This document shows positions 10,801 through 20,570 of a DNA stretch of 64,000 bases, piece by piece. The stretch spans positions 2,385-66,384 of IMG/VR virus record IMGVR_UViG_3300042451_000707; one strand, 5' to 3'. This stretch comes from a virus. Within the stretch, counting starts at the first letter, position 1. Every line of letters starts with the position of its first letter. The notes under the pieces were generated by a model, which ran no database searches, was not told the DNA's origin, and saw only the letters and a program-made list of their open reading frames with translations. The position numbers and the translations under genes are program-made.

Positions 10801-13800
10801 TGTTGGCAAACTATTTGGTGTATATATATCAAATACAATTGGATTAACAATAGGATTATTACCACCTCCTTGAGCCAAATAGGAATCCATTACTCTTCTG
10901 TTATATTGTGAAGGGTTACCATATTTCAAAATAACATCATACTCTAAAAACGCCTTTATGGTACTAGTGAATGAAACTAATTGAGAATTTCCAATGGAGT
11001 TAAAATATTCCTCTGAACTTATTGATTGTCGTTTCCCTTGAATTTCCATTAAATTTCTAAACAAATATTGGAAATTTTTATATAATCCATTAGGGTCAAC
11101 AGGTGATTGTCCAATAGGAACAATAGCTTCAAAACCTAAATCAATATTTGCAATCGGTTTTGACCAATTCAAAAATTCTTGTTCTAAATTATCCAATATT
11201 CTTTTATCAAAAACAGAAAAAATCTCTTCAATTTTAGAATATTCATCATTTAATAATAAATTAAATGGTGATTGTTTTGTCGTACCTGTTTCAATTTTAA
11301 TTGGGTATGAATCCGGTTGAGGTTTGGATATTTGATTATTATCAAAATATCCATAATTTGATGTTGACCATAATAATCTAACCGAACCATTATATATTGA
11401 AGGGTTATTTAAAAACTCACATATTGGTTGATTGTTATTCAAACACTCAATTTTAGTTTGATTGAACGACGTTCCAAATGATGGTATTACATAATAGGTC
11501 GTCGAACTTGTGTTCTCACTTGGATTACATTTAGCCCCTTGTCCAACATCACTCCCTAATCCATTAGGAACAATAACTGACCAAGTTTCTATATTTTGAT
11601 AGGTATCATCACTTGAGGTTTGAATATTTGAATCCGTAAAATTAAATATTTGAACACCATAATCTATACTTCTTTGTATTTCATTATCAGTGTACTTTTC
11701 ATATAAATCATATCCGTTATAAAACGCATTAAAATCATTTATAACTTTTGGATAAAACCCTGTTTGTAGTTGAACACTATTATTTGCAGAATCTTGTAAT
11801 TTAATTTTTTTAGTTCCTTCAAAATTAAAAGTATATGTTTTAGTGTCGGAACTTAATATTGGGTCGAAGTTTTGTTTATAATTAAAATTGTTCCAAGCAC
11901 CGTCTAAAATATCTGTGTTAGTAGACTTATATCTTTTATATCGATGCCAAATAGAACCCATCTTTAATACCCAAGCATATGGCATTTTATGTATTGCACC
12001 ATATTTCTTAAAACAAGATGCAATATAATCTAAATCACTAGATGCGTCTAATGTTTTATATTTTTCTTTTAATGTTGTTAAAGGTAATGAATTGATAAAT
12101 AAATACGCGGCCTGAACATAAGGATATTGGTCACCACTTCTCCAATTATCAACACCATTCATAATTGCATTAACGAAATAAGGTGTATTCAACATTGATG
12201 TTGTTGTCTCAACAGGGACAGTATTATTTGGTGAAAAATAATTTACATAACCTTCAGTTGGAACAAATAGTGTTGGGTCTTTTCTTAAATTGTAAAATGC
12301 GGTTAAACCAATTACAGATACTTCTTGTGTTGGATTAGATACTCTAATATATGAAAAGTTAGTAACCGGGCGATTAGTTGTTGTGTTATAAATGTCGTTA
12401 AAGTTTGAAATAACATCTCTATCTTCAAATACAGTTAAAACATTAGTTGTGTTATACACCGCATTTTTATTATTGGAAAGGTTGTTCCCCATATTATTTT
12501 TAACCCAAGATGGGTCGGTAAATGGATATGTGTCAATAATAATTGGTTCATTATTCGCACTCTTAACTAATTGTAATAACCCATCAGAATTCGTTTGTAA
12601 TTGAGGTTCTTTACCTAAATCATTTAAACTTAAAATGTTAAATGAGTTATCTGTTAAAGCCTTTATATAAGGTGTTACAAAAAAATCTCTAATAAAATCT
12701 TGATAAGCCCTACCTGTACCCTCATTAGAGATTGTTCTTAAGAACGATTGGTAATTATCTGCGGTTATATCATAATTTTTAAGTTTTAATGATAAAAAAG
12801 GAGAATTATTACCTAAACCAGTTACAATATTACTAGCTTCAGAATTAACAATTAAAGTCAATAATTGGTTAATTTGATTATCATTTCCCCTAATAAAATT
12901 AGAATAATTTGAAGTTAAGAATTGTCTTTCCCATATTTCATAAAAAAACTTAATTTCTTCTTTGTTAATATAAGCAATACCATTCGAAGGATATTCAATA
13001 GCATTTAAATTAATAACATTAGTTGTATTTTGACTATCTATTGGAGGTTGAGCGGCAGGTGAAACAAATTTTTGGGACAACCCTTTCATATATTCTTCAA
13101 CAAACTCTATTTCAGGCCATATTTCATATGACCAACCTTTTGTTTGGTCTACGTATTTTGGGTCACCAGGATATTTTAATTGGAATCTTCCTTTTTTATC
13201 ATCCGGAGTTTCAACAAAAAATTGAGGCCATGGATATACCGGTTCTTGACCATTAACCAATCCTTGATTTTCATTTTTCGCAATTTGAGAAATCACATAA
13301 CTATTACGATTATCAACTGAAGGTGCTGATGCGGGATTATTTAATATTGTATTATATCTAATAGGATTGTATTTAACATCCCATGCTTTAGTGTGAACAC
13401 CATCTAATAATCTAATAAAAGCCTCAGCTGACGCCATAATTACTGCGGTAATATTTCTAACCGTGGGAACAAATCCTAACCCTTGACTTTGACTCTCAAT
13501 TTTTTTTGCCAAATCAGAAGTTATCTCTGTCTCATATTCTAACAATTTCTTATTGGCCTCGGTTTCCATTTGGGATAATAATTTTTGGAAATCTGAAAAC
13601 GTATAAACAGGAGGTGGGATAATATTGGTTCCGGTATTTAAAACTCTATTATCTGAAGCACTTTTTTCAAGAGTGGGTGTAAATTGTTGTGAAACTAAAT
13701 CTGTTATTTTTTGAATATCGGTAGATGTTGGGTATAAATTTCCTGTTTGCGAAATTGTTGTTTTAACCAAATCTATATTAGACTCAGAAATTTGTTTTAA

Positions 13801-15168
13801 GTAAGTTTTTTCTGTTATAAGATTTTTAATTGGTGTTGGACTTTTTTTACCTAAAGTTGGGTTATTAGCTAATAAACTATTAAATCCTGAGGTATACCCA
13901 CTAAGTAGACTATTAGCCTCTTGTCGTTTTGTAGGGTTTTTTAAATATTCCGATTTGAAAATATAAACAACATCATCACTTCCTTTTAATACTATAGGTT
14001 TAGGATTCATATAGGTATTAAACCATGAACTACTATCCGCATATATTGTATTAAAAAAATTTTTTAAAGTTTCTTTATAATTTCTAATATTAGTTAATGG
14101 TTCTACTTTAACTTCAGGATATGACTTTTGAATAGTTTTCTCAAATTGTTGTAATAGGTTCATTAACTGCGACACTGTTAATTCCGGGAAGTTAACATCA
14201 ATTAAACCTTTTGATTTGTATTCACTATAAACTTCAACAATCTTTTGATAACCTTTTTCACTAACAACTTCTGTAACTACATTATCGGTTGATATTGACG
14301 ATTCTTTAGATATTACATTACTTTTGGATTGTGATTCAATTGTTCTATTACTTCCTCCTTCCGGTGAAGTTATTGACTTAGATATTTCAAAAGTTTTTGA
14401 ATACATATGTGGTGTAGCAAATAAACTACCCATCGAAATTTCATTTAAAATGTTAAACTTATAACCTACAAATTCTAATTCAATAGTATAATTACCACTG
14501 TATGTATTAAATCTTGCATTAAAGGTTCTTAAATTTAATTGATATCTAACCGCTTGACCATAATAACCCTTAAGTGTTAAGTAAAATGGACAATATGGTA
14601 GATTGAAAAACGCGGCATATGGTGAATCATCACCAAGTTGAAATAAAGCTCTTCCTTGGATATCTTCAAGAACCATACTAACACTTGGAACAAATGCAGT
14701 ATTTGTTTTAATACTAATACTTGTAATCCCTAATAGTCCGTTATCTATAGATTTATTTCCGGGTCTAGAAATAGTTTGTCTTAGGTATGGTCTACTACCA
14801 TTTGATGGAGAAACTAATTCCTGTTGTAATTGATTATCACCTAACCCATTTGTAGAATTTTTACCCGTCAGTTCATCATAATACCCTGTAGTTAAATTAG
14901 TTTTTTCAGTTGGTCTTAAAAAATTCATTTGTGCAACTGATACGGTTCTAGTATTATCACTTGGAACATCACCTACCGATAATTTTGTTCCTCGAACAAT
15001 CTCGGCTTCAAGATTTGCATACATCATCAAATTTTCATGGTCGACAAGTCTCTCTTTTATATTACCAAATGAATCTATTGTTTTATTTGGGTCAACAACA
15101 ACAATGTTTTGATAGTCAAATTCTACTAAAATATTACCACTTTTATCCCCTTGTAAATTACCTGCCAT
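7885..15168 (-). CDS. Giant baseplate/hub-like structural protein with C-terminal IPT/TIG domain
   Basis: 2427 aa in the tail module; hub-like segment LGNALLQPTMYF...GPYFITEVNHNITAGKFETTFTG; IPT-like ITSFSPLTGTSGTILTIIGENL. Confidence 0.7.
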   Translation of the reverse strand: MAGNLQGDKSGNILVEFDYQNIVVVDPNKTIDSFGNIKERLVDHENLMMYANLEAEIVRGTKLSVGDVPSDNTRTVSVAQMNFLRPTEKTNLTTGYYDELTGKNSTNGLGDNQLQQELVSPSNGSRPYLRQTISRPGNKSIDNGLLGITSISIKTNTAFVPSVSMVLEDIQGRALFQLGDDSPYAAFFNLPYCPFYLTLKGYYGQAVRYQLNLRTFNARFNTYSGNYTIELEFVGYKFNILNEISMGSLFATPHMYSKTFEISKSITSPEGGSNRTIESQSKSNVISKESSISTDNVVTEVVSEKGYQKIVEVYSEYKSKGLIDVNFPELTVSQLMNLLQQFEKTIQKSYPEVKVEPLTNIRNYKETLKNFFNTIYADSSSWFNTYMNPKPIVLKGSDDVVYIFKSEYLKNPTKRQEANSLLSGYTSGFNSLLANNPTLGKKSPTPIKNLITEKTYLKQISESNIDLVKTTISQTGNLYPTSTDIQKITDLVSQQFTPTLEKSASDNRVLNTGTNIIPPPVYTFSDFQKLLSQMETEANKKLLEYETEITSDLAKKIESQSQGLGFVPTVRNITAVIMASAEAFIRLLDGVHTKAWDVKYNPIRYNTILNNPASAPSVDNRNSYVISQIAKNENQGLVNGQEPVYPWPQFFVETPDDKKGRFQLKYPGDPKYVDQTKGWSYEIWPEIEFVEEYMKGLSQKFVSPAAQPPIDSQNTTNVINLNAIEYPSNGIAYINKEEIKFFYEIWERQFLTSNYSNFIRGNDNQINQLLTLIVNSEASNIVTGLGNNSPFLSLKLKNYDITADNYQSFLRTISNEGTGRAYQDFIRDFFVTPYIKALTDNSFNILSLNDLGKEPQLQTNSDGLLQLVKSANNEPIIIDTYPFTDPSWVKNNMGNNLSNNKNAVYNTTNVLTVFEDRDVISNFNDIYNTTTNRPVTNFSYIRVSNPTQEVSVIGLTAFYNLRKDPTLFVPTEGYVNYFSPNNTVPVETTTSMLNTPYFVNAIMNGVDNWRSGDQYPYVQAAYLFINSLPLTTLKEKYKTLDASSDLDYIASCFKKYGAIHKMPYAWVLKMGSIWHRYKRYKSTNTDILDGAWNNFNYKQNFDPILSSDTKTYTFNFEGTKKIKLQDSANNSVQLQTGFYPKVINDFNAFYNGYDLYEKYTDNEIQRSIDYGVQIFNFTDSNIQTSSDDTYQNIETWSVIVPNGLGSDVGQGAKCNPSENTSSTTYYVIPSFGTSFNQTKIECLNNNQPICEFLNNPSIYNGSVRLLWSTSNYGYFDNNQISKPQPDSYPIKIETGTTKQSPFNLLLNDEYSKIEEIFSVFDKRILDNLEQEFLNWSKPIANIDLGFEAIVPIGQSPVDPNGLYKNFQYLFRNLMEIQGKRQSISSEEYFNSIGNSQLVSFTSTIKAFLEYDVILKYGNPSQYNRRVMDSYLAQGGGNNPIVNPIVFDIYTPNSLPTKSGSVSLSASITNYPKEWFELETEVGFSTIQNLKYSNNGSYITDFFVDNNIEFSVNNIRLLSPIIKMYATQKLLTPTITPTQFKQKLQEYLVKTSDFQDNLLNLILTKVRLDIKPQQEISEKVIKSVIDGEQSKIENWEVFKALNDKWIAGSDYTTKTLFEDFLFLDRASRNIGDTIILDIFSLKNVLNENALNMKTSVFAFLADILIKNNFNVMPLPSYVNFYNVQDVSGVNTPRSDGSLEFGDRMWGTYLNVDYRASSPKMICFFVGKPSEHIELPKNNSRFRSDAFEMRRYSDNPLIEDIANKKDWGISNKCVGFNVDAGIRNQNVFYSIQVSMDTGKATSEALQAQVDMFDQYSGRNVTTQNTGLYNFYKNRSYQCTVQCLGNALLQPTMYFNLRNVPMFYGPYFITEVNHNITAGKFETTFTGTRQSIYSLPSIDSYLQSVNQNLLTKVESIIKNSKDSVTGKAITNINKSDYITQSGDNTRATINSCSNNLSAEFQSWGDAETATSTNLTPQQLVDAIKSEITDEYLQVIVYLICYAKTFNTDKFYVFNNNFANVTLTTNLYGESVNLFEQKKYTCVEMPDSKGTKTSQPIALFKDVKTFIGFMSSRLNSRVDQIINPDTGLGITKFYVCEWPVPNVSQGYFDENISRYSELEKTFNNAFKTAVSAGLNKQIVFDIKKNDEEQIKKIEDINSGKTNPSNNLNTFTVPNTCEPSSITSFSPLTGTSGTILTIIGENLDQVTGITISNTFITNFTIINNFTISVVVPTVNTITSQQNPIILSGLNGSSASSTDFTYNPQQISPSTPITPPGLPPNVNTQPQPVVLLANTTFNQVGSAEKMVVSINPSSGNWNILSANTVWTWVAVKTVVGPNNTIIEEKVGEGNFGNELQIYVSSNKKTFTINAVDIIGEVNINVSPDNVGLISKIYNKITLVAEPVDRNVVYNITNNPNDIIRDIAQTFPFTIMMT

Positions 15169-15481
15169 AATAATAAAAATATTCGTCTAATGCCGATTTA
15201 TAATCTTGTAATGAAGGTAGTAGAGGAAATGGAATTATCAATACTGCACCATCATATATATTATTTTCTAAACCCCCAAATTGAGGATTTGCCTGTAAAA
15301 TTAACCAACTAAAATATGGAGAATTATAAAATTCCTGTGAGACCACATCTAACCTACTTCTAGCAACTTTGTATATATAAGTTTTATCCGTTGTCTTTTG
15401 AGCAATTCTTACAAAGGGGACTACAGTTTGTTCCCCATTAATTAAAAAATCACTATATCGATTCCAATATTGATACGCCAT
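15158..15481 (-). CDS. LysM-like baseplate wedge protein (gp53/tail-X-like)
   Basis: RLDVVSQEFYNSPYFSWLILQANP...GAVLIIP pattern. Confidence 0.75.
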   Translation of the reverse strand: MAYQYWNRYSDFLINGEQTVVPFVRIAQKTTDKTYIYKVARSRLDVVSQEFYNSPYFSWLILQANPQFGGLENNIYDGAVLIIPFPLLPSLQDYKSALDEYFYYYGR

Positions 15482-18400
15482 TAGTTAAGTTTTGCCTTTG
15501 ATATTATTACATCTTGAGGACTTTCGTCATTCCAAGTTTTATTATTTGTATTTTGATTCTCAACCCACCCTAAACCTTTAATTAATTTTTCTTGACCTTC
15601 TTTACCCGCATCTTGAGTGGTATAATTAAATGTTCTTTTTTTCTTTAAACTATATGGTGTGAACTTCAAAAACTTCGTTAACTCTTTCTCTTTCGTATTG
15701 ATAAATTCTTTAGTAATATTATTCTCTTTAATAAATTTAGATTTAGCGGATTCATCAGGTTTATTAGGATTAATCCAATATTCATCAAAAACAGTACTTA
15801 TATCTTTTGCTCCACTACCCTTCAAATCCGTATTATTAATTATATTACCAATTAATGAAGTTTTAAATGATTCATATCTTTTAGAATCCACAACATCGTC
15901 TGATACTATCATATAAACCCTTTTAAAACTAGAAATTTTAAAATCATCTTTGTTAAATGGTAGAAATACTTCATCCGTTGTGAGTTTATAATTAGGACCA
16001 AAAACTAAATACCCACTATATTTTTGTTTATCTACTGAATATATAACATCAGATTCTGTATTAATTTTATCATTAAATTCCCTAATATCATTATTAATTT
16101 TTATAACATCTTGTCTCAATTCTTCCAAAGTATTTGTTACATCTTTTGAACTACTATCAACTTCGATAGTACCTTCAGTTACATATGTTATAATTTTACC
16201 ATCAGCGGTTTGATATCCATCGGTTCCAGTATTAGTTTTACTAGCGTAAGTTATAGTATTTATTCTACCAATATATGAAATATATGTTTGTTGTACATCA
16301 ACCATACTATTTGTTATCACAGTTACAGCATTTTGAAACGTATTTCTTTTATTGTTAACATAATTAATATAATTTTCACGTACTTGTCTAATTAATTTTT
16401 TAGAAAAATTATTATTTGGATTAGAAATAAATTCAATAAATCCTTCATCCCCACTTTTAATATCTTTGATTAATTGTTTAAATATCTCATCAATTCGTTG
16501 TTCTAATTTCATTGGTTTACCAAATAAAATAGTTTCGTTTTCTTTTTGAATAGTAAATTTACCTTTTTGATAATTTCTCTCTGCCATCCATTGTTGTCTA
16601 ACAGCGTTATTATATTGGTTTGATACTTCTCTATTTTTATTAACAACATTTGTAAAATAATTTTGACTTTCCTCAACCATTTTATCCATAATCGAACTAT
16701 AACTAGTTGTTCCTGTTTGACTTGTACCACTAACTACTGTGGTTAGTATATCACCAATCGTTTTATTATTACTTTGACCATTATTTGGTGTTGCTTGATT
16801 GATTGTAGGAGGTTCAGCATTTGTTATTACACTTCTAAGAAAATCTTCATCAATTATTTTATAACTAGCGTCAGTAACATCTGCCCTATCATCATAAATT
16901 TCAGTATTTGCATAATAATTAAACGTTAATGCGTTTTGTAATTTATCAACAGATTCTTTTAATCCACTACCACCTACAAAATTAAAACTTAATGTTACCG
17001 TAGCAATCATTGGTTGTACACCAATACCTTCAGGGTTAAAATCTAACTCTTCATATTTTAACGATAAATTTTCAGGGATAATTTTAGTATTAAAAAAATC
17101 ACCAACTCTTAATACTAACACGGGAGGTGCACCAAATGATGTATTAGTTGCGACACTATAATCAAGTTTTTGATTACCATTATCAAATTTAACCGTTGGG
17201 ATTGTGTCTCCAGGTCTCATACATTGTTGTAAGAATGTTAACCTTGAATTTAACCCTTCAGGTGTTATTGAATGAAATCCCGGTTGAAAAAATTTTAATT
17301 TATCTCTTAAATTATCATACACCAATGGACTTTCTTGTTTGATTGTTTCAAAATAATCACATTCTGTTAAGAATGACCTTAAAATTCTTTTAGTTATGTT
17401 GTCTTTAGGTGTTGCGGTAATTTGGGTCACCGGAACATCAACCGCTTTAACAACTTTACCATCGACAGAAACTGTTGTTTTTTTAGGTGGTAAAACTGGT
17501 GGTGGTGAACTTAAAGTCGAAGTTATCTTTGATATATAAGCTCTTCGACAAGCCATTGCATTTGTCGTATAAATTTCATTATTTACGGTTTGACTATCTC
17601 CTCCGTCATTGTCCGTACAATTGACTATCCCGTTAGCGAAAAATGTTTTAGTTTTTTCGTCGTAAGAGTCTGGCTGTGCGTTCTCACCAAGAGCGGTTCC
17701 AGGAACAACAATTAGTCTTTTAGGAGAGCCATTAACATAGTTTGACAGTTTAGTATTACCTGTAATATAACTAATAGCACTATTAATTCTTCTCTCCGCT
17801 AATTTTTTATTATAATCTAAAGTGGCTTTAGCCGAAGTAGTTGCATCTATCACAATTGTTACAGTACCCGTACCCTCTTTATCATTATTAAATTGTTTAA
17901 ACAATTCATCAATTAATTCATCAATTGCGGTCTTATTTTTTGTTATTACCGTATCAAAAAATAATGTCGTATCACCTGGACTTGCTTTAGATTGTTTTTT
18001 ATAATTATCTATTGTTGGTTGTGACACATATGAATTATATAAATTACTAAAACTTTGATTAGGTGAATTTGGTTCAGGTTGATTATTATTATAATAAAAT
18101 GCTTTATTTACAAATTGTCCAAAATTATTTTGAGGGGCACTTCCACTACCATTAACCTCAGATACTTGGTTATCATTAGTTATATCATTGAGAATATATC
18201 TGAGTTGTTCCCTACTTTCTTGTTTTGAAGTTATTGCTTCTTGATAATTAAATAAGTCATATGGAGATACTGTGTAGTATTTTTTTGCCAACTCATATAA
18301 ATCATACTTCCTACAACCAGCAAAAAACGATTCTAATATGGAATCAATTCTAGTTTTATTTGTTTCATCACCAAGAACTTTATTTACAATAACATTTAGT

Positions 18401-20517
18401 ACCGATGGATGGTCAACAACTATCTTCCAAGTTAAACTACCACTTCTAGTTGTGTTTTTATAGGTAAAAATTGGTTCAGGTCTACCAAGAAATTCATTCG
18501 AAGTCCAACTTGCCCTAACATTTTCATCAAAAGTTAAACCATAAGGTGGAAACCACATAACTCTTCCTCCGTTTGGACCTCTTTCACATACCGGTAAATC
18601 TGACACAGTAAAACCCGGAGTACTTGAAGTCGCCCAAGCTAAGTTTTCAATTGAGAACATATATTTTTTAGCATACGCATTATTATTAGTTCCAATAATA
18701 TTTGTGGAATCTTGTCCACCTTCTTGTTTGTTTGGTGCAATATTTAAATTATATGTTTTATCTAAAACTGAATATGAAAATCTTCTACCTTCGGTAACAA
18801 TTCCATCTGTCTTCTGTAAATCATTGTATTGTAAGTATGGTGTGTCTTTCGCAAAAACTCGACAATATTCAGTTCCAACTTCTTGACCTATTGAACCAAC
18901 GTAAGTTAATACTCTCGAACCTTTAGTTAATTCTTTATACCCATCATTAAAAACTTTAGATACTTGGTCAATAGCATTTCCAACATGTTGTAATCTTTTT
19001 CCACCTTGTGGTTGACTATCAATTATCCTTTGAGTTTCATCAAGTATAGAACCTTGTTTAAAAGTTCTTTCAGTTGATTCCGTTGTATTATAAGATGAAG
19101 GTTTAAAATCCTCATCCTGATTAGTTACAACACCTCCAACACCAACTTTTTTACCAGCATTACCCCTATATTTAGTAGAAGTCCATGTAAATCCACCTTC
19201 AATACCTCCACCATTACTGTATGTTGGTCCGTTTGCACCTAATCTAATTTCTTTACTCGGCCCTTCATATAGTTGAGCAAGTTCTTGAGGACCATAAACA
19301 GGCGATTGTTGTTCATTTCCAAAAGAATCTACAGGTAATTCTCTACTTGGCGAGAATACTCTTGAAGGTTCTGATGTTGTTGAACCAACATAAAAATTGG
19401 CATTATTTGTTTGGGTTCCGACAATCGCTCCTCCCAATCTATCTAATAATGTTCTATCGTAGTTTGGTTTATATCGATTAAAATTGATATTTTTCCATAA
19501 GATAGACTTTTGTCCTCCTCCGGTATTATTATAAAAAATTTGAGACCCTGTTTTTCCCGCCCCCAATAAATTTGATACAAAATTACCTGCCGCCGCAATT
19601 GGGTTAGCGAGTAAGGATTGGGCAATTGTTGACGGTCTTGGAGGATTAATATTTGGGTCAAAATAAGAACCGGGTATTAACGAAAAAGGAAGTTCACTCC
19701 CCGCCAATTTAAGGGCGAAATCCGCCGCAGCAGTTATAGGGTTAGACGGGACAGTAATTTGATAGTTTGGTTCAATCAAAGGAACTCGACCTGTTAAAAT
19801 ATTAACAACATTGGTACTACTATTAATATTCAAAAAATTCGCTCTACCAATCGTTTCTCGAGCAATCGCTCTACCTATTCTTTCTTGAAATTCTCTCCTA
19901 AGGGTTCGAGCACCTAATCTGGCAATAAATGAGTCATCACTTAAACGACCATTACTACCCTGTGGATTTGGTGACAATAATATTGATAATGGACTATATG
20001 ACGATGAATTAAATGTTGTTGGATATGCCTGATTATTATATAAATTTGGAACTCCACCTGTTAATCCATTACTAATTGAGTCCGGTTGAACAATAGCTTC
20101 TCCGGCATCAATTAAATTTAAACCGTTATTTCCATACGCATTTAATGGTTGCCATGCGGGTGCAATCCCCGGAAATCCAACTTTAGCGGCAATTTGTGCG
20201 TCATCTAAAAGTTTTGCGTCTTGTTGTCCGGGACCATATTCACCTTTATTCGGTGCAATAACATTAACAGGTAAATCCGGTAATTGTTGGTACCCCCCAT
20301 CATTACCCCACTTATTGAGAGGGTATAACTTATCGGCAAAAAATGGTGTATCAATTAGAGAATCGTCGCTATCAACAGGAACCAAATCCGATTGAATTAT
20401 CTCATAATTGGTTGGAGGAGTTACTTTAGTCGGAGATTTAACATAAGGCACTAAGTTTCTTGAAACTAGTTTTTTTCTAAATCCTTCCGTACTAATAAAA
20501 TCTAATGGACTTCCCAT
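15481..20517 (-). CDS. Large baseplate/tube-initiator-like protein with internal OmpA-like domain
   Basis: FLGRPEPIFTYKNTTRSGSLTW and PPVLVLRVGDFF tube-initiator-like segments; OmpA-like TIVIDATTS...YNKKLAERRINSAISYI. Confidence 0.65.
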   Translation of the reverse strand: MGSPLDFISTEGFRKKLVSRNLVPYVKSPTKVTPPTNYEIIQSDLVPVDSDDSLIDTPFFADKLYPLNKWGNDGGYQQLPDLPVNVIAPNKGEYGPGQQDAKLLDDAQIAAKVGFPGIAPAWQPLNAYGNNGLNLIDAGEAIVQPDSISNGLTGGVPNLYNNQAYPTTFNSSSYSPLSILLSPNPQGSNGRLSDDSFIARLGARTLRREFQERIGRAIARETIGRANFLNINSSTNVVNILTGRVPLIEPNYQITVPSNPITAAADFALKLAGSELPFSLIPGSYFDPNINPPRPSTIAQSLLANPIAAAGNFVSNLLGAGKTGSQIFYNNTGGGQKSILWKNINFNRYKPNYDRTLLDRLGGAIVGTQTNNANFYVGSTTSEPSRVFSPSRELPVDSFGNEQQSPVYGPQELAQLYEGPSKEIRLGANGPTYSNGGGIEGGFTWTSTKYRGNAGKKVGVGGVVTNQDEDFKPSSYNTTESTERTFKQGSILDETQRIIDSQPQGGKRLQHVGNAIDQVSKVFNDGYKELTKGSRVLTYVGSIGQEVGTEYCRVFAKDTPYLQYNDLQKTDGIVTEGRRFSYSVLDKTYNLNIAPNKQEGGQDSTNIIGTNNNAYAKKYMFSIENLAWATSSTPGFTVSDLPVCERGPNGGRVMWFPPYGLTFDENVRASWTSNEFLGRPEPIFTYKNTTRSGSLTWKIVVDHPSVLNVIVNKVLGDETNKTRIDSILESFFAGCRKYDLYELAKKYYTVSPYDLFNYQEAITSKQESREQLRYILNDITNDNQVSEVNGSGSAPQNNFGQFVNKAFYYNNNQPEPNSPNQSFSNLYNSYVSQPTIDNYKKQSKASPGDTTLFFDTVITKNKTAIDELIDELFKQFNNDKEGTGTVTIVIDATTSAKATLDYNKKLAERRINSAISYITGNTKLSNYVNGSPKRLIVVPGTALGENAQPDSYDEKTKTFFANGIVNCTDNDGGDSQTVNNEIYTTNAMACRRAYISKITSTLSSPPPVLPPKKTTVSVDGKVVKAVDVPVTQITATPKDNITKRILRSFLTECDYFETIKQESPLVYDNLRDKLKFFQPGFHSITPEGLNSRLTFLQQCMRPGDTIPTVKFDNGNQKLDYSVATNTSFGAPPVLVLRVGDFFNTKIIPENLSLKYEELDFNPEGIGVQPMIATVTLSFNFVGGSGLKESVDKLQNALTFNYYANTEIYDDRADVTDASYKIIDEDFLRSVITNAEPPTINQATPNNGQSNNKTIGDILTTVVSGTSQTGTTSYSSIMDKMVEESQNYFTNVVNKNREVSNQYNNAVRQQWMAERNYQKGKFTIQKENETILFGKPMKLEQRIDEIFKQLIKDIKSGDEGFIEFISNPNNNFSKKLIRQVRENYINYVNNKRNTFQNAVTVITNSMVDVQQTYISYIGRINTITYASKTNTGTDGYQTADGKIITYVTEGTIEVDSSSKDVTNTLEELRQDVIKINNDIREFNDKINTESDVIYSVDKQKYSGYLVFGPNYKLTTDEVFLPFNKDDFKISSFKRVYMIVSDDVVDSKRYESFKTSLIGNIINNTDLKGSGAKDISTVFDEYWINPNKPDESAKSKFIKENNITKEFINTKEKELTKFLKFTPYSLKKKRTFNYTTQDAGKEGQEKLIKGLGWVENQNTNNKTWNDESPQDVIISKAKLN

Positions 20518-20570
20518 CTATGTTTCTTTATTTATAAATAGGTTAATGTCATTTTTTTTTTAATAAAAGA

